A stretch of DNA of 64,000 nt from Candidatus Sumerlaeota bacterium. Lineage in GTDB: Bacteria; Sumerlaeota; Sumerlaeia; JAFGJS01. Shown here one piece after another: positions 35,755-44,289 of this stretch. Under the pieces are notes generated by a model that worked only from the letters and a program-made list of their open reading frames with translations, searched no databases and was not told the origin of the DNA. A program made the position numbers and the translations under genes. Location of the stretch: NCBI GenBank assembly GCA_016928995.1, contig JAFGJS010000094.1, positions 311 to 64,310 on the forward strand, written 5' to 3'. Numbering within the stretch: position 1 is the stretch's first letter; each line of letters begins with the position of its first letter.

Positions 35755-35830
35755 TTCAACGCAAAGACGCAGAGGGGCAGAGAGATGATATACGAGTATT
35801 CCTCTGCGCCCCTGCGCCTCTGCGCGATAA
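35755..35830. repeat. Paired inverted 8-bp-period arms with a 19-bp spacer (minimal empty element)
   Basis: ACGCAAAG ACGCAGAG GGGCAGAG (35759-35782) and CTCTGCGC CCCTGCGC CTCTGCGC (35802-35825). Confidence 0.8.
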
Positions 35831-35905
35831 AAATACGTTTATGGCTAACATTGCTTTAAGCTGCCGCCAGGAGTTAACTTGGGCGCCCATCATTTCGCGA
35901 TCCAA

Positions 35906-36628
35906 TCATTGTGGCGATAGCACTTCAATGAGTTTCGTGATCTTATCGCTCTTTTTATAATAGTCATAAATAAAATTCAGGAACAAGATCAGAACATTCC
36001 TTTGCTCCGAACTCATATCATCTAATTTTTGGATTTGATCAGTATGAATCATGCTATTGATGAGAGAAAATCCTGCGTCACTATCACGGATGTCATATTT
36101 CCGGATAAACCAATGCATATACGCAGGCAAATAATATCGATATCCCAAATCGTCAAGAAAAGGGATTCCTCCGACGCCGCTGATATTCTCAAGATCTTCG
36201 TCTTTGACTTCACGCCAATAACGATCAGTATCCTTCTCTCGCATTTTCTTTATTTCTTCACCGGTTGCATAATTATCAATTGCGATTGTTTGATGCAATG
36301 TCACACCGCCGTTTTGTTGATCGTCATGAAATGCCTTTTCGATTTCGTTTATGATCAGAATCGCTTTTTCTTTTTTAATTTCAGATAGCGCTCGCCAGTT
36401 TTCGATTCTTTGCTCATCAGTCGCAGGAGAGCGCACAACGCCTATATAGTATTCTTCGCTCGCGCCAAATTGCATAAAGTTATCCTGGGCTCGCATGAGT
36501 TTAGACATGTAATCAATTGTACCCGGTTTTTCGTCAGTCCAATAGCAAATAGGACACAAACAGTAACTGCCGGGAGTTTGATTTTCAAAAACATAATAAC
36601 CGCAACAGGGACAGGGATATTTCATCAT
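35906..36628 (-). CDS. Cys-rich CPCC-domain protein fused to a helical DUF6714-like domain
   Basis: MKYPCPCCGY...YCLCPICYWTD, then IEKAF...GVTL...FLDDLGYRYYLPAYM; AT-rich. Confidence 0.7.
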   Translation of the reverse strand: MMKYPCPCCGYYVFENQTPGSYCLCPICYWTDEKPGTIDYMSKLMRAQDNFMQFGASEEYYIGVVRSPATDEQRIENWRALSEIKKEKAILIINEIEKAFHDDQQNGGVTLHQTIAIDNYATGEEIKKMREKDTDRYWREVKDEDLENISGVGGIPFLDDLGYRYYLPAYMHWFIRKYDIRDSDAGFSLINSMIHTDQIQKLDDMSSEQRNVLILFLNFIYDYYKKSDKITKLIEVLSPQ

Positions 36629-36656
36629 TTTTTTTCCAACTGGGAATAGAACAACG

Positions 36657-37988
36657 CTAATGGCTGTGATTCGAAGATGCGCCCGGCTGAATCTTCTCAA
36701 TGCGCTTTTCAAGTTTTTCGGCATCTTCGTCACGCTTCGTAGCCCGATACAATTTCGCCAGGTTCTCAAGGCTATGGACTAAATCGGGATGATCTGAACC
36801 CAGCGTCTTTTCCGCGATCGCGAAAGAGCGCTTGTAAAGTGGCTCCGCCTTCGCGTATTGCTCTTGAACGCAGTAGAGTTCGGCCAGGTTATTCAGACTT
36901 ATGCCCACAAAGGGATGGTCCGGTCCCATCGCCTTCTCTCTGAGTTCCAGCGCACGCTTGTAGAGAGACTCGGCCTGCTCGTACTTGCGCTGCATCTTGT
37001 AGAGCTCGGCCAACTTGTCCAGGAAGATGGCCAAATTTTGATTGTCCGGCCCCATCTTCTTCTCCGCGATCGCCAGAGAACGTTTGTAGAGCAGTCCGGC
37101 TTGCTCGTACTGATTCTGTTTTTTGTAGAACTCCGCAAAGTCGTCCAGGATCGTGATTAAATTGAGATTATCCGGCCCCAACGCCTTCTCTTTGATCGCC
37201 AGAATGCGCTGATAAAGCGGTTCTGCCTTCGCATACTGATCCTGGGCGCTGTAAAGCATCGCCAGATCGTTCAGGAGGGCGGCCATAGCGGGATGATCCG
37301 GACCCAACGCCTTCTCTTTGATCTTCAGCGCACGCTGATAAAGCGGTTCAGCCTTCGTGAACTGCTCTTGGATGTAGTAGAGCTTTGCCAGGTCGTTCAG
37401 GTTTGTGGCCACATCGGGATGCTCCGGACCCAGCGCGATCTCGTTTAACTCCAGCGCGCGCTTATAGAGCGGTTCAGCCTTGGGGTACTGCTTTTGGAGG
37501 TAGTAGATCTCAGCCAGGTTCTTCTGGCTCATGGCCACTTCGGGCAGAGCTTTCTCACGGATCTCCTGCACGCGCTTGAAGAGCGGTTCAGCCTTAGCGT
37601 GCTGTTCCTGAATTCGATAGAGCCAGGCCAAATTGTTCAGGTTTGCCGCAACATCAGGATGATCGGGTCCAAGAGTTTTCTCTTGAATTTCCAGCGCCCG
37701 CTTGTAGAGCGGCTCGACTTGCGCGTACTGGCACTGAATCATATAAATCTCGGCCAGTTTGTTTAAACTCGTGACGACGTTGGCATGGTTAGAATCCGTG
37801 TTTTTCTCGGCGACGGCCAGGGCTTGTTGGGCCACAACGATAGCGCGGTCATATGTGCCCGCACTGCAAAGTTCCTCAACCTTCCGATTCAGCTTGCCCC
37901 ATTCGTCGCCCTCTCCATCGGCGAACACGGGCAATGTGGCCGGCATGAAAAATAAAAAAACTAATGCAATGGACCGCAAGTAATTCAT
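36657..37988 (-). CDS. Secreted TPR protein with kinesin-light-chain-type 42-aa repeats
   Basis: Signal peptide then about 9 repeats of LNNLAxLY...Y.KAEPLYKRAL.I.EK.LGPDHP. Confidence 0.93.
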   Translation of the reverse strand: MNYLRSIALVFLFFMPATLPVFADGEGDEWGKLNRKVEELCSAGTYDRAIVVAQQALAVAEKNTDSNHANVVTSLNKLAEIYMIQCQYAQVEPLYKRALEIQEKTLGPDHPDVAANLNNLAWLYRIQEQHAKAEPLFKRVQEIREKALPEVAMSQKNLAEIYYLQKQYPKAEPLYKRALELNEIALGPEHPDVATNLNDLAKLYYIQEQFTKAEPLYQRALKIKEKALGPDHPAMAALLNDLAMLYSAQDQYAKAEPLYQRILAIKEKALGPDNLNLITILDDFAEFYKKQNQYEQAGLLYKRSLAIAEKKMGPDNQNLAIFLDKLAELYKMQRKYEQAESLYKRALELREKAMGPDHPFVGISLNNLAELYCVQEQYAKAEPLYKRSFAIAEKTLGSDHPDLVHSLENLAKLYRATKRDEDAEKLEKRIEKIQPGASSNHSH

Positions 37989-38314
37989 TGGTTCTCTCTT
38001 TCTTTCTGACAGCGATTATGACATGGATGATGCTGCCAGAGGAGCGTTAATTCCAAATTTTCGGCGTATGCCAACTCGATATCATTGCCAAACGAACGAT
38101 ATTGAAAAAATCCAATAACACTCAATACCATTGATCGAGCTTAATACATTGCAGCAAGCGTTGCAAAGCGCATCCGCCGATTCTACATTGAAACAGGTGA
38201 TCACAAGACACAATGTTGTGTCAAACGGATCTTCTAGGAACGTAGCGGGGCAAAGATGCGCCCGGCGAGATCAGGAATTTGCTCAAGTCCGATCGAAGTG
38301 CTTGTTTCTCATTA

Positions 38315-38338
38315 TTCGCTATCGGGATCGGGATCGAT
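38315..38338. repeat. Short 6-bp-period tract (TTCGCT ATCGGG ATCGGG ATCGAT), possible remnant arm
   Basis: TCG recurs every 6 nt in a long intergenic region; no clear partner arm. Confidence 0.35.
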
Positions 38339-38489
38339 TAAACAGGAAACGACTATGGAAAGTTCCTGTCCGCAGGATGCGATCCGCTAAAAATCGCTTG
38401 CCCATGGCTCCGGGAAGCAATAGATTGGCCTCACGTTTCATTCGGGATTGGCCGCTTCATCAACCGCAGCCGTTTGGAGGAGGATTTCC

Positions 38490-39647
38490 ATGACACAAGA
38501 ACATCTCTTTATCGTGCGTGGCGCCGGCAACGACACCGTCGGCCTGGTCGGGAGCATCACAACGCCGATTGCGGAAGCCGGCGGCAATATCCTCGATCTG
38601 CGGCAGGACGTGCTGCATGGCTTGTTCACGATCTTTCTGGTGGTGGACCTTTCCGGCACACAGCTGCACATGAAAGACCTGGAGACGCTGATCGGCGAGA
38701 TCGCGGAAAAGACCGGACTGGAGCTCGCCGTTGATCGCTACTTTCCGACGCCGGGCGCCCCCAAGACACAGAACATGCTGGCGATTCTGATCGGCGGCGA
38801 CAAGCCCGGCATCATCTCGTCGATGTCCGCGACGCTGGGCAAGTACGGAGTCAACATCGAGCTGGCGGAGGCCATCGGCCGCGAAGGATTGTTTTTGACC
38901 GAGCTGATGACCGACGTTAGCCGTTGCGCGATTCCGGTCGAAAACCTGAAGTCCACCCTCGGTAAACTCATGGCCGGGATGAAAATCCAGACGTTCTTTC
39001 AAACCGAGGATGTCTACAATAAAAAAAAGCGGATCGTGTTGTTCGACATCGCTGGCAGCTTGCTGCCTGACGCAGTGCTCAACGAGATCATCCAGCAAAC
39101 CGACCTAACACGTGAGGAAATCGCCGCAGCCTACTCGACTGATGCGTTGCCTGCGCTGCAGAAGGCGGCGCAATGCCTCGATGGCGTGCTCGGCGACACT
39201 GTGGATGCAATCAACGCCGGAGTGCGGCCGACCGAGGGCGTGGTGCAGCTGATCCACACGCTGAAAACGCTGGGCTATCGCTGCGTCCTGACATCCAATG
39301 GATTTTCGCCGTTCATCGCATCAATCCAGCCCAAGCTGGGATTGGACTGCGCCTATGGCGTGCCGCTTAAGATCGATAACGACGAGCAGACGGTCATCGG
39401 CGAGATCACGCAGGCGGATTGCGACGCGAAGGCGCTGGATCGCGTCATCGCCAGCGTGTCGGCGCAGGAATCGGTTGGGCGCGAGGACATCGCGATCATC
39501 GACGACAAGGATCTACCTGAGCCGATCGGCATTCGTTTGCAATTCGAGCTGGACAAGTTGCTGGAGCTTTACAACAAACGGGTGCTCAGCAAGGAGAACA
39601 TGCTGGGCGTGCTGGGGAGTTTTGGCGTTTTGAAGAGCATAAAGTGA
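38490..39647 (+). CDS. Tandem-ACT + HAD-like protein resembling long-form phosphoserine phosphatase SerB, with degenerate catalytic motifs
   Basis: ACT1 (GAGNDTVGLV...ILDLRQ), ACT2 (GGDKPGII...VNIE), KRIVLFDIAGSL in place of FDMDSTL; GGAGGAGG RBS before ATG 38490. Confidence 0.75.
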   Translation: MTQEHLFIVRGAGNDTVGLVGSITTPIAEAGGNILDLRQDVLHGLFTIFLVVDLSGTQLHMKDLETLIGEIAEKTGLELAVDRYFPTPGAPKTQNMLAILIGGDKPGIISSMSATLGKYGVNIELAEAIGREGLFLTELMTDVSRCAIPVENLKSTLGKLMAGMKIQTFFQTEDVYNKKKRIVLFDIAGSLLPDAVLNEIIQQTDLTREEIAAAYSTDALPALQKAAQCLDGVLGDTVDAINAGVRPTEGVVQLIHTLKTLGYRCVLTSNGFSPFIASIQPKLGLDCAYGVPLKIDNDEQTVIGEITQADCDAKALDRVIASVSAQESVGREDIAIIDDKDLPEPIGIRLQFELDKLLELYNKRVLSKENMLGVLGSFGVLKSIK

Positions 39648-39659
39648 GGATCGCTTGAC

Positions 39660-41273
39660 GTGAAATCCGACATTGCCATCGCACAAGAAGCCGCAAAACT
39701 GCCGATTGAAGCCATCGCGGAAAAAATCGGGCTCACTGCAAACGACCTGATCCCCTATGGGCATTACATGGCCAAGACGCCGCTGGATCTTCCCGCAGCG
39801 AGAGACGCGCAGGACGGCAAGCTGATCCTGGTCACGGCCATGACCCCGACGCCCATGGGCGAAGGAAAAACGACGAACACTATCGGCCTGGGCCAGGCGC
39901 TGACGAAAATCGGCAAGAAAACCATGATCGCGATCCGCGAACCTTCGCTGGGGCCTTGCATGGGGTTGAAAGGCGGAGCGGCCGGCGGCGGATATTCGCA
40001 GGTGCTGCCGATGGAGGACATCAACCTGCATTTCACCGGCGACCTGCACGCCGTGACCATCACGCACAACCTGCTCGCCGCGATCATCGATAATCATCTG
40101 CACCAGAAAAACTCGCCCGAGATTCACCCGCGCCGCGTGGCCTGGAAGCGGGTGATCGACATGAACGACCGCTCGCTGCGCAGCATCATTCTCGGGCTCG
40201 ACGGCGCCGGCGTGAATGGCGTGATGCGCGAGGACGGCTTCGAGATCACCGCCGCCTCCGAGATCATGGCGATCCTGTGCCTGGCCCGTGACCTGCGCGA
40301 TCTGAAGGAAAGAATGGGCCGGGTGATCGCGGGCTACGATTCAATGCGCAAGCCCGTCACCGCCGCCGATCTGCGCGTGAACGGCGCCATGGCCGCGCTG
40401 ATGAAAAACGCGATTCAACCCAACCTGGCGCAAACCATCGAGGGCGTGCCGACCTTCGTGCACGGCGGACCGTTCGCCAACATCGCGCACGGCTGCAACA
40501 CGCTGATCGCGACGAAAATGGCCTTGCGCCTCGCCGATTACACCGTCACCGAAGCGGGTTTCGGCGCCGACCTGGGCGCGGAAAAATTCTTCCACATCAA
40601 ATGCCGCGCCGGGAACCTGAATCCGGCGGCGGTCGTGCTGGTGGTGACATCGCGCGCATTCAGCATGCACGGCATCGAGAATGTGCTGAAGCACGTCGAG
40701 AACGTCCGGCACTTTAAGCTGCCCGTCGTGATCTCGATCAACCGTTTCCTCGACGATAGCATTGAATATCTGGTGCACATTAAAAAACTCTGCGAGGATA
40801 ACGGCGTCGAGGCCTCTATCACGGACTTCCGCGAGGCAGGCAGCGACGGCGGCGTCGAACTCGCGGAGAAGGTTTGCGCCCTGTGCGAATCCCCGTCGCA
40901 GATTGAATATCTGTACGAGCTGGATGCGGGAATCGCCGAGAAAATCGAAACCGTCGCCCGGAAAATTTACGGCGCTGGCGACGTTGAGTTTTCCGCGGAA
41001 GCCACGCGCGCGATCAAGCAGATTGAAAACCTGGGGTATGGCGGACTGCCGGTCTGCATGGCGAAGACGCCCGCCTCCCTGACCGACGATCCCAAGGTTC
41101 CCGGTTGCCCGAAGGATTTCACCATCACGATCACCTCGGCCCGCGTCTCGGCCGGAGCGGGCTTTGTCGTCGCCTACTGCGGAAAAATCATGACCATGCC
41201 CGGCCTGCCCAAAGAACCCGCCGCCCTCAGCATCGACATCGACGACCAAGGCAATATTTCAGGCTTGTTTTAA
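39660..41273 (+). CDS. fhs: Formate--tetrahydrofolate ligase
   Basis: TAMTPTPMGEGKTT, REPSLGP, KGGAAGGGYSQV, NLHFTGD, HGGPFANIAHG, TEAGFGADLG, IMTMPGLP. Confidence 0.97.
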   Translation: MKSDIAIAQEAAKLPIEAIAEKIGLTANDLIPYGHYMAKTPLDLPAARDAQDGKLILVTAMTPTPMGEGKTTNTIGLGQALTKIGKKTMIAIREPSLGPCMGLKGGAAGGGYSQVLPMEDINLHFTGDLHAVTITHNLLAAIIDNHLHQKNSPEIHPRRVAWKRVIDMNDRSLRSIILGLDGAGVNGVMREDGFEITAASEIMAILCLARDLRDLKERMGRVIAGYDSMRKPVTAADLRVNGAMAALMKNAIQPNLAQTIEGVPTFVHGGPFANIAHGCNTLIATKMALRLADYTVTEAGFGADLGAEKFFHIKCRAGNLNPAAVVLVVTSRAFSMHGIENVLKHVENVRHFKLPVVISINRFLDDSIEYLVHIKKLCEDNGVEASITDFREAGSDGGVELAEKVCALCESPSQIEYLYELDAGIAEKIETVARKIYGAGDVEFSAEATRAIKQIENLGYGGLPVCMAKTPASLTDDPKVPGCPKDFTITITSARVSAGAGFVVAYCGKIMTMPGLPKEPAALSIDIDDQGNISGLF

Positions 41274-41419
41274 GCCGGGCGCATCTTGGCAAAACTACAT
41301 CTTGGGAAAACAGCCATTATTGAACCGAAGGGACAATATTGGCTGTCGTCAAGATAGGCCCGTTGTCCACAGCAACAACCGATCCGATATAATAACTTTT
41401 TCGGTACTTAGGAGAATAA

Positions 41420-42262
41420 ATGCCAATGGCCGTAGTTAAATATACAATAGTTTTTGAATCGAGAAATGGCAGGCGCAAACTCTTCAAATTATGGTTCGGA
41501 GCTGACGGTTCGTATTACGTTACTGTTCCCTATCATTCGGCAAAAAAGGCAATACTTTTTAAGCAAACAGTAAATTATGCTACATCGGCTTGGCGCACCG
41601 TCGATGATGGCGATTGGATACCTGTCGAACAAGCGATCGATATCGCATCCGCAGACGACGCTCGCATTAAATTATCTCACCATCCGGATGGGTTTCTTCA
41701 GTTTTCGGGAAAGGGCATCCTCTCTGGCAGAAACTCAGATGCTTCTGCAAAGGGCATAGGAACTCTATCATGGCCCTTGAAGCAGGGATGCCATGGCCCA
41801 GCTTTCAGTGTCACGATCAGTGGTGTAGATGATTTTGAGTCTGCGGATACATGTAATGATTTATTCTGTTTATTTCGCGAAACAGATTTGACAGTTATCC
41901 CCGGAGTAGGTCCCCTTGTAATTGAAGGCCATTACTTCCCAGTGATGTGGCGACGATTTGTACAAACTCATTCCGATGGATCAAAGACGATCCCAATTGT
42001 TCATCCATCAGGCGCAGTGCTCAACCTTCGTGTCTTGCTACCTTCTGATAAGTGTCCTATTGGTGGATTTTTTGGATTAGATATCTTCGGAAATCTCGGA
42101 ACGTTCGAGGGGACATTGTCCAAATCCGGATTTGCATTATCAAGTTCAACAGGGAATGTCCGTATGAATGAGCATGGACAAAAAATCGGGGATGGGCTGT
42201 ATTGTTTTTATCCTCGCCCTGACGGAATATGTAAATATAGAAGCATCGATTATCCTCAATGA
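41420..42262 (+). CDS. Hypothetical AT-rich protein
   Basis: 280-aa ORF with AGGAG RBS, atypical low GC, no recognisable motif. Confidence 0.7.
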   Translation: MPMAVVKYTIVFESRNGRRKLFKLWFGADGSYYVTVPYHSAKKAILFKQTVNYATSAWRTVDDGDWIPVEQAIDIASADDARIKLSHHPDGFLQFSGKGILSGRNSDASAKGIGTLSWPLKQGCHGPAFSVTISGVDDFESADTCNDLFCLFRETDLTVIPGVGPLVIEGHYFPVMWRRFVQTHSDGSKTIPIVHPSGAVLNLRVLLPSDKCPIGGFFGLDIFGNLGTFEGTLSKSGFALSSSTGNVRMNEHGQKIGDGLYCFYPRPDGICKYRSIDYPQ

Positions 42263-42531
42263 GTATCATTACTTAAGCCGAACCAAGCGTTTCTGGGGAG
42301 ACACAAACAGCTCGGCCCGCAGAACTACAAGTTCAAAAGTCATCTTGCCAAGTCCCAAAGACATCTTGAGTATCTTCCAGGTATTTCCAAAAAGCCAGCG
42401 GGACGCTGACGCTACATGTTTTCAACGATCTGCTAAAAGATAAATGTCGCCATCGATCAGGATCGATGCGTCTATTAAAGGCGCATTGCTTGCTTGCAAA
42501 GCGTTCGGGGCGTTTGCAGAATGCTTACGCT

Positions 42532-44286
42532 ATGAACGAACCGGAATTGACTTTAAATCCTGAGATCGCGACTCCCCGAGCGGCGGCGAATACGTCTCTA
42601 CGGCCGGCGGTGGAATGGACGATTGCGGCGGCGCTGTGCCTGATCGGGCTGTTTGTGCGTATCTGGCGTATTGATGCGATTCCGCCGGGGCTCTGGATGG
42701 ACGAGGCGATCAACGGCCTGGACGCGTTCCACGTCCTGACGTCCGGGAAATGGCCGATCTTTTTTCAACACGAGGTTTATCCGCGCGAACCGCTTTATAT
42801 CTATCTGATCGTGCCGTGGGTGAAGCTGCTCGGCGCCACGCCGCAGGCGATCCGGCTGACGAGCGTGATGATTGGCGCGCTGACGCTCCCTATCGCCTAC
42901 CTGTTTTTCCGCGAGTGGTTCGGCTGGCGCACGGCGCTGACGGCGCTGGCCTGCCTGGTGTTTCTGCGCTGGCATGTGCATTTCAGCCGCACGGGCTTCC
43001 GCACGATCCTCTCGCCGCCGTTCCTCTTGCTCGGATTTTACTTTCTGCATCGCGGTCTGCGGCTGGAGCGAATGCGCGAGTATATCTTCGCGGGCGTCGC
43101 GTTCGGACTCGGTTTTTACACCTATCTTTCGTTCCGGCTCGCGCCGCTGGTCGGGATCATTTGGCTGGGGGGCTACGTCGCGCTGAACCGCAAGGCGCTG
43201 CCGCAAGGCTTCGGCAAGGGTCTGGCGGCGATGTTCGCGGCGGCGCTGCTGACTTTCACGCCGCTGGGCGTCCATTACCTGCGCGTGCCGTATCACTTCA
43301 CTGGCCGGGCGGACATGGTCTCGGTTTTCGGCGGAGACAATGACAGAACGCTGGGCATGAACCTGATTCAGACGGCGCTCAACGCGCGCGACGTGGCGCT
43401 GATGTTCGGCGTGCGCGGCGATGGCGTGGCGAAGCACAACGTGCCCGCGCGGTATGCACCGCGAACCGACGGCGTTCAAGTGGAAAAACCGCCGATGCCG
43501 GTGTTCGATCCGTTGACCTCCATCGTTTTTTACTGCGGGCTAATGGCGCTGTTTATTCAATTGTGCCGCTGGCGGCGCGACGTGGCGGCAGCGCATGCGG
43601 CGTTGCTGATGCTGGCCTGGCTGGGCGTCATGTCGTTGAATTCGATCCTCTCCAACGATCCGCCGAATCTGCTGCGCACCGTGATTATGACGCCGGCCGT
43701 CGCGTTGACATTGGCGATGGGTTTCCTTGCAATCTACGACCTGCTCGCACAACGATTCAGCCGGAAATGGATCCTGAGCGCATTGCTGGCGCTGGTTTTT
43801 CTCGGCTATGCGGGAAACCAGATGTGGGCTTATTTTTCTCTTTATCCGCGATGTCTGCGCATCTGGGATTTCAATTCCGACCGTTGGCAAATAGGACAGC
43901 TGGCCGCGCGAGAATCGGAGTTTTTTGAGGTTCACATGCCGTCCGACTGGCTGTATCATCCGACTGTGGAGTACGCCTTGTTATCAGCTAAGGGCGAAGC
44001 GCACGAATTGAAATTGCCGGAATCCTTGATGGCGCCGGAGGCGGACGATCAGCCCTTGAATCCCAAACCGCGTTATCTGATCTACACGGACTGGACCGGG
44101 ATCCGGCGGGACATCCACCAGCTTTTTCCCCGCGCGCGTGAAGCGGCGCATATGGATGAATATCGGAAGCCGTACGCTTATTCAATACAACTGATCTACC
44201 CGGAGCTGAAACCGCAAACAGCACGCGACGCATTGACACAACGATTCAAAGATCGCCTTGGTAAAGCGGTCTATCCGGAGCGATAA
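42532..44286 (+). CDS. GT-C fold glycosyltransferase (family 39/ArnT-like)
   Basis: RIWRIDAIPPGLWMDEA, REPLYIY, AIRLTS, WHVHFSR; multiple TM helices. Confidence 0.9.
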   Translation: MNEPELTLNPEIATPRAAANTSLRPAVEWTIAAALCLIGLFVRIWRIDAIPPGLWMDEAINGLDAFHVLTSGKWPIFFQHEVYPREPLYIYLIVPWVKLLGATPQAIRLTSVMIGALTLPIAYLFFREWFGWRTALTALACLVFLRWHVHFSRTGFRTILSPPFLLLGFYFLHRGLRLERMREYIFAGVAFGLGFYTYLSFRLAPLVGIIWLGGYVALNRKALPQGFGKGLAAMFAAALLTFTPLGVHYLRVPYHFTGRADMVSVFGGDNDRTLGMNLIQTALNARDVALMFGVRGDGVAKHNVPARYAPRTDGVQVEKPPMPVFDPLTSIVFYCGLMALFIQLCRWRRDVAAAHAALLMLAWLGVMSLNSILSNDPPNLLRTVIMTPAVALTLAMGFLAIYDLLAQRFSRKWILSALLALVFLGYAGNQMWAYFSLYPRCLRIWDFNSDRWQIGQLAARESEFFEVHMPSDWLYHPTVEYALLSAKGEAHELKLPESLMAPEADDQPLNPKPRYLIYTDWTGIRRDIHQLFPRAREAAHMDEYRKPYAYSIQLIYPELKPQTARDALTQRFKDRLGKAVYPER

Positions 44287-44289
44287 ACG

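Noticed and set aside
36780-37780. 126-bp periodic DNA repeats
   Set aside because: Explained by ordinary 42-aa TPR coding repeats.
38000-38489. ZTP/THF/glycine riboswitch upstream of the serB-like/fhs operon
   Set aside because: Could not find the conserved aptamer motifs by eye; an Infernal scan would be decisive.
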